Source: Podarcis cretensis
Taxonomy: Eukaryota
Assembly (NCBI GenBank): GCA_951804945.1
Contig: OX638158.1
Coordinates: 31,620,001-31,684,000, forward strand
Direction of reading: 5' to 3'
Length of the DNA stretch: 64,000 nucleotides
In this document: piece after piece, positions 25,601-38,528 of the stretch
Position numbering within the stretch: the first letter of the stretch is position 1
Layout of the letters: each line of letters opens with the position of its first letter
The notes under the pieces: generated by a model
The model's input: only the letters and a program-made list of their open reading frames with translations
Told to the model about the DNA's origin: nothing
Database searches by the model: none
Translations under genes and position numbers: made by a program

Positions 25601-27499
25601 ATATGTATTACGTACCTATTACATTTGTGTATGTGGCTTGCTTTAACTTTTTTTTTTTTAAAGCACTGGAAAATGAAACGCAGTGATGTTTGAGACACAT
25701 TTATGCATGTAGAGAAGAAGGTATTTTGTAGTTTCTGCCATTCTTGGGTGTAGGCACACTTTTGCCCTCTATCAGTGTCCTGATAATAGAAGAAAAAAAA
25801 TCTACCCTATAACTTCTAGCACACTTATTGTTGCCATTTAAATGAACAGGGTATTACACAAGAAAATAAGATGTTTTTGAAATGGTGAGGAAGAAGTGTT
25901 GTTTTTTAATCAAAAAGTAATTCTTTGTTTCTTTGAAGCTGTTTGTAGCTAAACATGGGAATCTGCAGTGTCTACTTTCATTTGTTTTTTTCATATATAT
26001 TCCACCTCTTCTTCTCCCCACCTCAAATGCAAGGTGTACAAAATCAAGAGCTGCTGTAGCACCTCTCAGCAACCTTCCCAAATGAAAGCTCTAGCAGGCT
26101 CTCTTCATCTCCATTCAGGAAGACAAAGGGAGGAGAGATGCTGCAGCTTTCTTGCTTCGCTCTCATTCCTCTCTAATGGCCTTGAAATGTATTATTATGC
26201 AAATGTGAATTTTGATACTGAACTTTAAGAAGAGGTTGTTTCTTTTTCAAACAAAAAAAAAGGTCCCATATGTGGTCAGCATTGCTTCTTTTTCTTGTAA
26301 GTGAATTGTAAACTATGCATTCAGCAAGAGATGGTTTGGGGGAGGAAAAGAGAGTCCTGCGAAACTGTTGAAAATGTTTCTGTGTCCATTGAATTCCAAC
26401 ACTGATGTAGGAGGAAAGAGGTTCATGTCATGGGAGGACTTAATGGAACCCATCTCGTCAGAGAAGTTGACTTATTTGATTGCCAGGCAGATTTGTTTTT
26501 GGAGGAAATTAAAATCAACTTCAGAAATGAAGTAAGGTCTGCCTGTTTCACAGGACTGTGCTTTCTTGCCATGCAGTGTTAGACCAGGATCAGCAGCATG
26601 ACACAAAACAGCCCAAGGAGAGAATTTATCTACATAGCACCTCCTCCATTTGTTCAACCTCAGGAAATGGCACCTCATGCACTGTCTTTAAGGATTTACT
26701 CTACAACTTGTTCTCCTTTACAACTGCCCTTGTTCCTCAGGAGAATTACAATGTGGCTTTTCCTTGCATGCATTTCCAAAACTCTGTCCTAAAAGTTTCT
26801 ACCAATTCCCATCGCAGATGAAACATAAAATAGCAATGCCAGCTTGGAACTGCTGTAGAATATATACTGCACTGGCATTAGTCAATTCCTTGTCTTCTAA
26901 TGTTCATCAGAACTTTTCAAGGAAGACGGCATGCTAGTCACCATCTGTGACTTCTTTGAGCTAATACTACCACTAATAAAATGGAGGCGAGTGATAGAGA
27001 CTAGAAGAGGAAATTTATATGGATGCTTTTGCTGGCAAGAAGCTGCTTTGAAAGGAGAAAGATTTCACTTCCTTACTTTCCGAATGTAGAGGCTGCTTCC
27101 CATGTTAATGGAGGTGTGTTTCCTTTACAAGTCTCCCTTGGGTGTTGTGAACTGTGGTATCTGCCTCATTTCACCTTGGCATCACCATAGCCAAGAAATT
27201 CTCCTACCTATAATTCAGTGTTTTTTTTTCTCACACAGCAATTTTTTGTTGGTGTTCACAGTACTGTAATGAATAATAAATAGCCTTGACCGCTCATTCT
27301 CACATGCATACTTGCCTTGCAGATCTGATCTTATCAGGATTCTTATCTGGTAGATTGCCTTTTGTTGTTGTTATTTGTTGAAGGGGAAAAGTTTCCAGCT
27401 CTTTGTCTCAAAATACCTCGTGGCACATATTTACCTTTAGTGTAACTGGCCTTGTATATTCTCTTTCATACTTAGTGAGATTATACTGTTCCTACATTT

Positions 27500-27735
27500 G
27501 TCCTAGTGGTTTGAAGACTGGATCATGAGGCTGAAACTCCTGAGTTCTAATCCTGGCCTTTACTCTTCCCTCTTTTTGCCTTAGGCAAGAGTCATTTAAC
27601 CTTTGCCTCAGTTTCCCCATCTGTAAAATGGGGATAATAATACTTACCTACCTCACAGGGGTTTTGTGAGGATTGACTACAGGTTTTTGTGAAGTGCTTC
27701 AAAGAAAAAGTACTTTTTCTAAGTATTATTATATG
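27500..27735 (+). mobile_element. Ancient CORE-SINE (MIR-like) in the TNRC6B 3'UTR
   Basis: B-box-like GAGTTCTAATCC and CORE CCTCAGTTTCCCCATCTGTAAAATGGGGATAATAATACTTACCTACCTCACAGGG…TGTGAGG. Confidence 0.88.
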
Positions 27736-29788
27736 GAGGTGTAACTAGCAGGCTACCTCCTTTCCCAGTCTTAGACGTACATCTCAGGGATGTGCAAAGA
27801 GGAAATAGGAGAGGAAACAGTGTATTTTATTTTTTACTTGTTAAGCCATCAAATACTTTAAACTACTTTTAACAAGAAGGAAGGAGCTAAAGAGCTAAAC
27901 TATTCACAAATCTCCCTCGAGTTCCACATATAGCATAGAGAAAAGCCAGTCTTTTAACAGACACATTTTAAAAATAAAGTACACTTCCTCTTGAATTGGA
28001 ATATGTAAAGTTTGCCATCTTTTGTATGTCCCCCTTTTAATTAGACATGGACTTTTTTGTTAGATTAACAATGGCAGCACATCTGCTGCATTTGGGAAAG
28101 GAGACATTGCTGTGTAGTTTATATGAGTTCTGTAAAATGACAATGTTTGTCAAGTAGTTGGCTTAAAGATGGGGACACTATCCAAACTTGCTTTCCTGTT
28201 TGTGTGTTAAACATATACTGCCTCATTCCCAATATACACAAGCCATTGTATGCCAATAAAACATGGAAACACAGTAATGTTCATTAATAAGAGCTGCTTG
28301 TGAATATGCCTTACAGCCTTCTCAAAATCTTTGGGAGGAGGGGTGGAATAAGAGGTTGGGGTAAATTCCATAGGGAGTCTTTGCTACTTCCTCCCTTTTC
28401 TGATCTATTATGGACAACATTCTCTCTTCAATCTTAGACGTGCATCTCAGGGATGTGCATATTGAGCCCAGCATTCGGATCTTGGAAAACCTAAGATTTG
28501 GTTCCATTCTATATTTGAAGTCTCCATATTGGACACTCCCTTAATCCTTTTCATCATTTACTCCCCAAGGAGCAGCTCTGTCCACAACTGTTAGGTGATT
28601 AAAAGTTCTACGGTGATCAAATTCAACATGATGCAGGTGTATTTGTATCTGTATCTCTGTTTGTTTTTGTGTGTGTGTGTGTGTGTGTAGATACATGCAT
28701 ACATATACGAATGCTCACTCAAGATTCCACCTTCCACTAGTTGGGGCAAGAAAACTGAAGTGCAGATCACCTAACAAAAACAAACAGCAGCTTTGCTCTG
28801 CTAATACATATGCACTGCTTTCTTTAAAACAAACCTTTTTTTTTTTTTTTGAGGGAGGGATGAAAAAAGCAGTGGAGTTTAGAACTACTTTAGCATCCAC
28901 TGGTTAGACAGAGACTTGAAATGCTGCTTTAATTTCAGAGCTCCTATGGGGCTATGTTTACAAAGAACTGATCAGGAAAATGACCAATTGTGGATATTCA
29001 ACTTAGTGAATTATGCTTCATTTCTGGTGAGCAAGCCATGTAGTGGAAAATGTCTTAACGGAAAATGAAAGAAGTTTAACTCCACCTAGCCTTATTTGTG
29101 AAGTAAACAATATTTTATGTCCAAAACATCTTGATTAGAAAAGGCAGCTTTTCTACTTTGCACATAAATAGGTAATACGAAGGTACAGCTGAAATGCTAT
29201 TGCCTGAAACACTGTCCCTTCCCCCAAGCAGGCATAATAGTGGATACATGTATTGAGGCTCTTTGCAAAGATACCTATTAGTATTTTTTCCTTATACTTG
29301 AAATAACGTACCCATCTCTATTTGTCAGTTGGGCATCCAAGAAGGGTGGAATAGTGGAAAATAGGAAAAGGCACAATATGTTTTCATGCTAGAGTTTGCT
29401 TAGTTCTCTCCCCTCCCCCATAGTGCTTTTATTTCAGCTTACTTTCTATCCTAGGAATTCACATGGACACAGAAACACAGCACTTTATGTGCTCTTGCAT
29501 GGCATGCTGCCCTCCCCTTCTCCCTCTCTTCTCTATTTTTATTTTAGTATAGTGGTACTTAAAATCACTGTTTCACTTAAAAAGACAATAAAATGTTTAA
29601 ACTCTACTAATGTACAAATAAGCTGAAATGTTGCATTTATGTGTATTTTGCCATAGCAGGTACTGTATTTCTCATGCTGGATTTCAAACCAACAAAAGGG
29701 TGATGTTTTATTGGAGTGTGACAAGTTGAGAGTAATAAGGAATTAAGTCGTCGTCATTTCATTGAAATTGAGAGATGGTGTAATACAT

Positions 29789-29992
29789 NNNNNNNNNNNN
29801 NNNNNNNNNNNNNNNNNNNNNNNNNNNNNNNNNNNNNNNNNNNNNNNNNNNNNNNNNNNNNNNNNNNNNNNNNNNNNNNNNNNNNNNNNNNNNNNNNNNN
29901 NNNNNNNNNNNNNNNNNNNNNNNNNNNNNNNNNNNNNNNNNNNNNNNNNNNNNNNNNNNNNNNNNNNNNNNNNNNNNNNNNNNNNNNNNNNN
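29789..29992. other. Assembly gap (204 N)
   Basis: Run of N. Confidence 1.
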
Positions 29993-30109
29993 TGTCAATT
30001 TATTTTTGTTTGTTGATTTGGTCTATAAAATGCAGTTGTTAACTATAATTTATTGGCTGTGCATTTTCCCTTCAGGAATTCATACTCACTATTTACACAG
30101 TCTTGCAGC

Positions 30110-30115
30110 AATAAA
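30110..30115 (+). terminator. Candidate distal polyadenylation signal of TNRC6B
   Basis: AATAAA followed by U-rich sequence at the end of the repeat-poor block. Confidence 0.65.
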
Positions 30116-31374
30116 TTGATAGTTGATTATTTTTATCTTTAGTATCTCCTCAGTCGTGTAAATAATTGTGCACACACATTTTTCCTAGGTTTGGAGGCAG
30201 CTATTTTTATTGAGAAATGGCATCTTGGCTTATCACAATAGCACATTGTTATTCTGGTATCAGAGAAATTCAAGGGTTCTAGAATCTGATTGAGCTTTAC
30301 TAGATACCAAGGAAACCAGACAGATGGACAGTTTTCAAACCTACTTGTCAACTCTCAGATATCTGTACAGGCTGGGCAAACTACAAGCATTATTTAGCAG
30401 GAAGATGTGAATCCCCTTAATATCTTTCTTTGTTCTATATTGGAGAGGAGAGCTCAAATCCATACTGGAATCGAAATGAACTGGGAATTCAGCAACGCCC
30501 AAAATAACTTACATTAGCTATGTGAGAGCTCCCAAGGTGGCTAGGCAAGCCGCTTCTCCCACTGTCCATGCGACCCACGCTGAATATATTATTCTTGATG
30601 GTACATTATAGTATATTCAGGGTATCATATGGGTTATCATCTCCCTGGTTCTTCAACACAATACACATTGAACATGACAATGGTTGCTTCTTCTAACAAA
30701 ATTATAAAAGGGTTGCATTTCGAAACACTGCTCAAAGCAAGCTATTATTCACCACTGAGGGAAAGCATGCAAAGCTAGTGTGATGTAGTTGCTAGAGTCT
30801 AATATAAACCTGCACTCTGATGTGACACTCATTAGGTACTCCTGAGCAAGTCAGACCTGTGACAGCAAAAATTGTTGCTTTAATCTCCTTGGAGAAACAA
30901 AAGGTTACAAATCTTATATGACCTTGTTATGTCAACAACAGATTCATCATAAGTGGTGTCAGTTGTCAAGGAATGGCCACATCATGAACAGCACACTTTC
31001 ATAGCCCTGGAAACAAAATTACCTAAGATTCAAAATTATAGATACTGTACTGAACTTGCTGAATCCTTGAAAATAACTGGCTTATAAAATCATGGGAATC
31101 AAAAGTGCAACAGATTTGCAAAGAGACTGTTACACAATAATTCTTTTCCTGCGTCAAACAAAGGTCTGACTTGTCTGGATTTGGTTTCCAGCAGTGACCA
31201 ACCAGCTGCTTCTGGAAGCTTCCAAGCAAAGCAGGTGATGGGTCATAGTTTGTATCTTGTACTCAGAAGTGTAGTGTGTCCACTTACAGACACTTTCTGT
31301 ATAGCTGTAATGGCAAATAACTGATTTGACCTACACACAAATTGTCTCATTCTGCTTTTAAGCCATCTGAGCTA

Positions 31375-31720
31375 GTAAAGGACCCCTGACACTTAAGTCC
31401 AGCCGCGGATAACTCTGGGGTTGTGGAGCTCATCTCGCGTTACTGGCCAAGAGACTCGATGTTTGTCCACAGACAGTTTTTCTGGGTCATGTCGCCAGCA
31501 TGACTAAGCCGCTTCTGGCGAAACCAGAGCAGCTCATGGAAATGGCGTTTACCTTCCCACTGGAATGGTACCCATTTATCTAATTGCACTTTGACGTGCT
31601 TTTGAACTGCTAGGTTGACAGGAGCTGGGACTGAGCTTACCCTGTGGGGATTCAAACCGTCGACCTTCCGATCAGCAAGCCCTAGGCTCAGTGGTTTAGA
31701 CCACAATGCCACCTGCGTCC
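31375..31720 (-). mobile_element. Sauria SINE inserted in an older CR1-like fragment
   Basis: Minus-strand start GGGACGCAGGTGGCATTGTGGTCTAAACCACTGAG; ~14-bp TSD CATCT(G/A)AGCTAGTA on both sides. Confidence 0.9.
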
Positions 31721-32449
31721 CATCTAAGCTAGTAGTCCTCTCCATAACTTATGGCAGTGAATTCCACAAGTTTATTTTGCTATGTGAAGTACTTCCTTTG
31801 GCCTTCTGTGAATTTAATGCAAATCTGTTCCTGTAGAGGAATGTCCAAGTTCTACTGTAACAACATTTATGTTATCAGTCCATCCACATTACATATGTTA
31901 ATAAACATATGCAAAGGCAGCTCATACAGATACTACTTAAAATCTAATCTCTTGGGCCTTTTCTTACATGGAAGATTCTCTTATCTCTTGCTGATTTTAG
32001 CTACCCCCTTATAAATTATTATTTGCAAATGTGACAAGGAAAGGAAAAAAAGATAAAAGCAAACAAGGTAAATTAAAGTTGAAGAAAGAAGAGGAAAAAG
32101 TATACAAATAATACTAATATCAACGGTAGATCACCATTGGTACACAAATCTTAAACATGCAAGTTAATACATACGGTAAGTGCTCCAGATAGCCACACAA
32201 AGTTGGGGCAGTGAGATCTTAAGACCATTTTGTAACAGACCCATGTCTAATTCTCCCAACTCCACCATAAACTGGGGCAAGCAATATTCGAAGCAGGGCC
32301 ACACCATACTTTAAAATGGAACTGCCAGGCGTTCCCTAACACGGAATATGCCTCCCCTAACCCCACTGCAACAATGGAAGCTATTTTCAGTAAGAATTTT
32401 GCCGAGACCCCTCAAAACTTCTTCGGGAGTTGCTGCCAATAGGGACAAT

Positions 32450-33120
32450 AGTATACGTGGGGAGTTAACTCTTGAGGGGAGCTAGGGCTGCAGTGCAGCC
32501 TCCCAAGCAGCAGGGGCCGCTGCGACCCCGACCTTGCCCCAGTCCAGTCGCAGGCGAACCGGAAGGGGGCCGGGGCGCCGGAGGTGAGGTTGAGTTGGGG
32601 GCGGGCCTGAGGGCGGGACCTCTCCGCTCCCTTTATTACGGTCCTGGGGCTGCTGCCTCCCTTTCGCCTGCGGGTTGCAGCTGCTTCTCAAGAGGGTGTC
32701 GCTTCCCTGCGCGGGACCTTCTCCACGATGGCCGAGGAGGATCCTTTCTGCCGCTACCGCTCCCCTCTCGTCTCGCGCTACGCCAGCCCCGACATGGCTT
32801 TTAACTTCAGCGAGAGGAAGAAGTTCAGCACCTGGCGGCGCCTCTGGCTTTACTTGGCCAAGGCTGAGAAGGTGGGCGCGCGGGGGTTCGTGGCTGTGCA
32901 AGACCAGCTCATTCAGTGGAAAGGCCCCTGTCCACCCCCACCCCCCAATGCAATGGGGGTTGTGGCATTTGCACTTTTACTGACCCTGCGCCACACACAC
33001 ACGCACAGAGCTAACAGACCTCCTGCGCAACAGGTGAAGGGGCAACATGCCTGTTCTGTTTGACGCCACTGTTTGCATACCTACATGTCCTTTATGCTTC
33101 TCTGTGTGCGCGCACATCTG
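32450..33120 (+). promoter_or_regulatory. ADSL: ADSL CpG-island promoter with GC boxes and an ETS/GABP-like CCGGAAG (32559-32565)
   Basis: Sharp rise in GC and CpG around exon 1; GGGGCGGG and GAGGCGGG near 32600. Confidence 0.85.
32728..32871 (+). CDS. ADSL: Adenylosuccinate lyase exon 1 ([20 protein letters not shown]…AKAEK)
   Basis: YRSPLxSRYAS motif; AAG|gtgggc donor. Confidence 0.96.
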
Positions 33121-33217
33121 CCCAGTTTTGTTAATAATGCACTAGAACTGGAGTCGCCCACTGAAGCTGAATGGTAGGCAGCCAAAATTAATCCCCACCC
33201 CCTGCCCCTACTCAGTA

Positions 33218-33432
33218 CAGTGGTACCTCGGGTTACAGACGTTTCAGGTTACAGACTCTGCTAACCCAGAAATAGTACCTCGGGTTAAGAACTTTGCTTC
33301 AGGATGAGAACAGAAATCGGGCAGCGGCAGCGGGAGGCCCCATTAGCTAAAGTGGTACCTCAGGTTAAGAACAGTTTCACGTTAAGAACAGACCTCCAGA
33401 ACGAATTAAGTTCTTAACCTGAAGTACCACTG
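33218..33432 (+). mobile_element. Tc1/mariner-pogo MITE family A, copy 1 (ADSL intron 1)
   Basis: TA-CAGTGGTACCTC…GTACCACTG-TA; strand is an arbitrary reference. Confidence 0.9.
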
Positions 33433-34171
33433 TACTTAGTTAAACTAGGGAATTTGTTGCCACAAGAAGGTAGTGATAGCTGCCACTTTAGGCGGCTTTA
33501 AAAGGGGGTTTTACCCATTGGTGAGGGTTATGGCTCTCTGTGTATTCAGGTGATATTGGATGTCTTATGACCTGAAGGATCCGATCGGATATAGCACAGC
33601 TTCGAATATTGATCCCTGGGAAACAAGAGCAAATGTGTTGTTATGCTCGCATCTTGTTTGTAGGCATCCCAAAGACATCGGGTTGGCTTCTCCAAATTGT
33701 CGTGTTTTGTTAATAACGCTTTATGTAAGTTTTTGATACTGTTGCACAGTTGTAAGGCTATATTGTGCTTAGCAGCAATGGTTGCTCAGAAACAAAATAA
33801 AAGGAGCATCACCACTTAGAACTGTGATCAAGCAGTATACAAATTGCAGAAGTAAAATCGTTGCACTCGACTTCTAAATTTAATATTTTTTTTTTACTTT
33901 TGTGCAACACTGTAATGTGGGTACTTATGTCTAGTAAATGTGCTGTGGTTCTTCATTTCTCATCAGATTCTAGGATCCTATTTACCTGGAAAAGGTATTT
34001 GGCTGAGAATTCCAATATAACTTTTTCATAGGCATCTGCTCATATTGCAAGTGTCCATTGTTGCATCAGGATCCTTATGCAGAGTTACATTTTTGCTATT
34101 CTCATCTGATTACAACAGTATGACAATGGACATTTGCTAAAATGGTTTCTAGAAACGTACTCAGAAGCATA

Positions 34172-34396
34172 CAGTGGTACCTCAGGTTACATACGCTTCA
34201 GGTTACAGACTCTGCTAACCCAGAAATAGTGCTTCAGGTTAAGAACTTTGCTTCAGGATGAGAACAGAAATTGTGCTCCAGCGGCGCAGCAGCAGCAGGA
34301 GGCCCCATTAGCTAAAGTGGTCTTCAGGTTAAGAACAGTTTCAGGTTAAGAACGGGCTTCCGGAACGAATTAAGTACTTAACCTGAGGTACCACTG
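34172..34396 (+). mobile_element. MITE family A, copy 2 (ADSL intron 1)
   Basis: Same TIRs and interior as copy 1. Confidence 0.9.
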
Positions 34397-35639
34397 TACT
34401 GTCTCTGATCATGGAGGCAGAACATATTCATTGAGTTTAGTAGCCATTGATAGCCTTTACCTCTATGAATTTGTCTAATCCTCTTTTTAAAGCCACCCAA
34501 AGACTCTTCTCTTCTGATTACCATGCTCGAGGTCACTGCAGAGGTGGTATGTTGTAAGTGCATGCATTTCAATGTAATTTATCAGTCACCAAGGGGATGG
34601 AAGCAATATTCCGAACATGTTAGTTGCACAAACCTCTGTACGTCACTCTAAACCATACAGAAGATACAAGGTTGTTTGCTTAGCCGTAGGTAACATTTCA
34701 TATGCCCCATCAGCCCAGAGGGGATTGACCCTGACTATCAAGCAATAGCACTTTATCTCATGTGTATTATACCTCACAAAGTGATTTTGTCAATCAAGAA
34801 TAAACAAAGTGGATTTTAGCTTCTGATCCAAATGTTAAACTATTACAACTCTTAGTGGGATTCACTTACCCTCAAAAAAAATCTTTAAATGGTACCATGT
34901 GGTCCTTAAAGTATCCTGGATCCAAGTTTTTCGGAACTTTCTAGATATTTTTTAAATTTTTTGTTTATTTCTGACAACCCAAAAGTATTAGTAGCAGGGT
35001 GCTAGATTGTACCATAAAGAAACAAACAAAGAAAAAGAAATTGTAACACACCAGTATACATTGAGGCATCCATGTTTCCCAGGCTAGCATGGGTGGTGAC
35101 TATTGCATGTACGTTCAAAGCATAAGAAATAAAATCCTGCCAAATGATGTAGAAGTGTTATGGGTTCTCCCATTACTCTAGAGACACACAATAACCAAAA
35201 GTCCATAAGTTCTTATACCACAAAGACCAGTGTAGATTTTTTCTAAGCTCTCCATAGCTAGATTATTGAAATAGTAGCAGCAGCTAGGATCCATGTCAAA
35301 AATTCTTTAGTGTGACAAGGTTTCCTATTATCAGTCTGAAAATTCAGTAGTGACAGTTGTGGATAAGCCTGAGCAGATGATTTAATTATTTAAAGTATTT
35401 CTTTATAAACTTGGGATCAGAATTATGAGAGCAGAGGGCATTCCCACCAAAGATAAAAAAATATTCCCCGGAGCCCACAGGCCTGCCAGCAATCCTGTAT
35501 TGATTGCGGTATAATTATGAGACATCTGCACAGGTGTACTATTCCATCTATGCACAACTTTTAGCATTCCTTCACAAATAGTGGAACAGATTTGTGAGGC
35601 TTAGCTGACCACAGTGATTTCCATTCAAATTCCTCTTTT

Positions 35640-35835
35640 TGAACATTTAGATCTTTCTCCTAGTAAAGTATAAAGCGAACCAAGGGACAAGTGGCATGCT
35701 CTGAAAGTTCTGCATAAATAATAGAGACCAGTTCTTTATCTCTGATAATAGAGACCAGGACTTGTGTTGATATATAATCAGCACAATAACTTTGAACCTG
35801 GCCCAGGAACATGTGGGAAGCCAGTGCAGATGTTT
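35640..35835 (-). mobile_element. L2 LINE fragment
   Basis: Minus-strand peptide LHWLP…ARFKVIVL typical of the L2 ORF2 C-terminus. Confidence 0.7.
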
Positions 35836-37467
35836 TAACAAAGGTTGTCATTTGCTGAAGTACAAGATATCATAGTAGCTATGAAGTTATGACATACAAA
35901 GTTTTAGAGTGTGTGATTTACAACAAAGGGCTCATCTATGCTTCTGTCCACTGTTCTATTTTTTATTTTTTTAAAATTATTAATTTTGTATACCACCCTT
36001 CATCTGTAGATCTCAGGATGGTTCACAACATAAATTATAACAGAAAAGACACAAAATACATAATAAAAATAGGAACAAAACCCCCCAAGTATTCCCCCTT
36101 GCACAAAAAGGGCATTGGATTTCAAGGCAAAGTTCTCTGTCCAAGCACTCCCCCCCATGCCACTTTCTCTGTGAAAACCAAATATTTATCGCTACATAAG
36201 AGCAAATGGCAAATGGGTGAGGGTCTCTAGATCATCTTATGATTATTTTATTATATAGCAGTGTACATATTGCTTTACCAAGTCACATAAGCAAAAGTCA
36301 GTTCTCCTATCTAAACAGAACCATGTTTTCGGAAAGCATGGCAGATGTTGCTGTAACATATCTTGTGCTTTAACGTGAGTTGGGGAGCCTGCTATTTTTA
36401 TCCGTATGTTCACATTCCTGAGGAGTTACAACTCTGGCCTTGATCTTCAGCTGGAAATGGAGAGACAGACACACAGCACCTGTTCGTTTCAACAGGGTTC
36501 TGTCAGATTGCTACTAACAATCCCCAATAGATCTCCCTTCAGTCCGACATGGGATATGATTAGATTTCTAGTTGTAGGGGATTCAATGTAGTGAAAAGTG
36601 TGTAACATTTATGTGTTGTTTGCCTTTGTTTTAAATAAGCAACATTCCTGCTTGTTTTTTAATTTAAATTGCATTCACTGGGAACAGCAGCAGAAGGTAA
36701 ACGAGGCGCCTAAGATTCTGCAGGCGGGTTAGGATAATAGATGTGATGTTACATATAAATAATGGAAAGGCAAAGCACAACTTTATTTTTCCTCTGAAAA
36801 ATTGAAAAAGGTGTAAAAAGACGGTTATGGAGACTTTAGTCAATTACAGTAAATTCTGGGTAGTGTTTTCAGAAAGCCTAGCAGAGTCAAGTACAATGGC
36901 TTCCTTTAGAACTCTGAAAAAATCCTTTGTACTGTAGGTAGAGCGTTGTAGTGCCTTTTCATACAACTGGGTTGACATTCAAGTTTGAGGCAACTCCAAA
37001 CATTTTAGTCTGCTGTCTCTCCCCGTTTTTAAAGCTATTTGGGACACTTACTGTCAGAGACAAAACTGAAGTAACTGCTTAAATATAGAACTTAGAAAAT
37101 GAAATAAACTCTATAGTAAATCAGCCAAATTCAAAAAGAGAAATTGCACAGTTCTTTTACGTTTTTATTTAAATCAAATTGTTGTGATCTATAAGAATAA
37201 CATTTTTTCTAATATTAATTGCAGTGAAGTGTTCCTTTAAAATTAACTCATTCAGAACAGTAATAACCTTGGGACTTTGGATTTTAACCTCAATAGTTAA
37301 AAGCTAATCTTGCATAAACTGGGCTTTGTGTCACCCATCCCTCATTCTGAAAATTGCATAAGAATAAGATCCCAGTTGATTGTGTAAATTCAGTGATCTT
37401 ACTAGTGGGGGTGTCCTTGAATAAGGGGTCATGTGTTAGTTAACTTCAGGTTTTTCTCTCCTTGCAG

Positions 37468-37671
37468 TCACTGGGTCTACCCATCACAGATGAGCAAATA
37501 CAGGAAATGGAAGCAAAACTGGACAGCATAGATTTCAAGATGGCAGCTGAGGAGGAGAAGCGGTTACGTCATGATGTAATGGCCCATGTGCATACATTTG
37601 CCCACTGTTGTCCAAAGGCTGCAGGAATAATTCACCTTGGAGCAACTTCCTGCTACGTGGGAGATAATACG
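37468..37671 (+). CDS. ADSL: ADSL exon 2 (…RHDVMAHVH…[15 protein letters not shown])
   Basis: AG/GT boundaries, 204 nt, conserved lyase motifs. Confidence 0.97.
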
Positions 37672-37722
37672 GTAAAACAACGTTATGAAATTGTTCTCCA
37701 TAAGCTGGGCTGAATCACTATA

Positions 37723-37955
37723 CAGTGGTACCTCGAGTTACAAACACCTCAGGTTACAAACGCTTCAGGTTACAAACTCCGCTAAGCTGGAAGAGTTACC
37801 TCAAGTTGAGAACTTTGCCCCAGGATGAGAATGGAAATTGTGTGCCGGCGGCAGCAAGAGGCCCCATTAGCAAAAGCACACCTCTAGTTAAGAACAGTTT
37901 CAGGTTAAGAACGGACCTCTGGAATGAATTAAGTTCGTAACTAGAGGTACCACTG
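37723..37955 (+). mobile_element. MITE family A, copy 3 (ADSL intron 2), more diverged
   Basis: Same TIRs and interior. Confidence 0.88.
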
Positions 37956-38377
37956 TAATAGTTCTTTTCTATCCCTGCTTTACTATCTGAAATACCAAGC
38001 TTGTAAAGTATCAGCAATATTTTTTTCTTTATTAAAAAGACGAAGATAAGTATTGTATAGCTAAAAATTCAAAACCCAGTAAAGTTCTGAGTGAGATAAC
38101 ACACACACACCCCATTCTCTCGTCTCTTCATTTTCACCCTCTTGGGTGGTATAGAAGTAATGCTGATCCCTTTGAGGCACAAGTGAATTTGAGAGTGACC
38201 AAAATAAATGCTTGTGCACAGTAGATTACTTGATTCTTTGATACACAAAGAGAATGTTAGTCATACCCATTTGTCTTTATGGAAATTGCAAATTACCCTG
38301 AAAGGAGAGTGTAGATAAGCACATGATTATTGAATAGAATTGTGACTGACTGACTATTTTATTCCTTTTTCTGTTAG

Positions 38378-38422
38378 GACTTGATAGTTCTCCGGGATGG
38401 ATTCAACCTGCTTCTTCCCAAG
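38378..38422 (+). CDS. ADSL: ADSL exon 3 (DLIVLRDGFNLLLPK)
   Basis: gttag acceptor, AAG|gtgaga donor, 45 nt. Confidence 0.95.
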
Positions 38423-38528
38423 GTGAGACGCACAGTTTTTAAGAGTTGGGTGCTATTGATTCCAATTGGCTGTCTGCCAGAGTTAACTAGAAAAAATTAG
38501 GAGCTGGTAAGGCACTGAGAAAAAGGTA

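Larger units (their letters stand above)
18094..30135 (+). other. TNRC6B: TNRC6B long 3'UTR (~12 kb)
   Basis: AU-rich, almost free of young repeats, many miRNA seed matches, ends at AATAAA 30110; length agrees with the very long mammalian TNRC6B UTR as recalled; end point inferred. Confidence 0.7.

Noticed and set aside
32472-33063. Several 100-139 aa ORFs overlapping ADSL exon 1
   Set aside because: Stop-poor frames typical of a CpG island; only 32728-32871 matches ADSL
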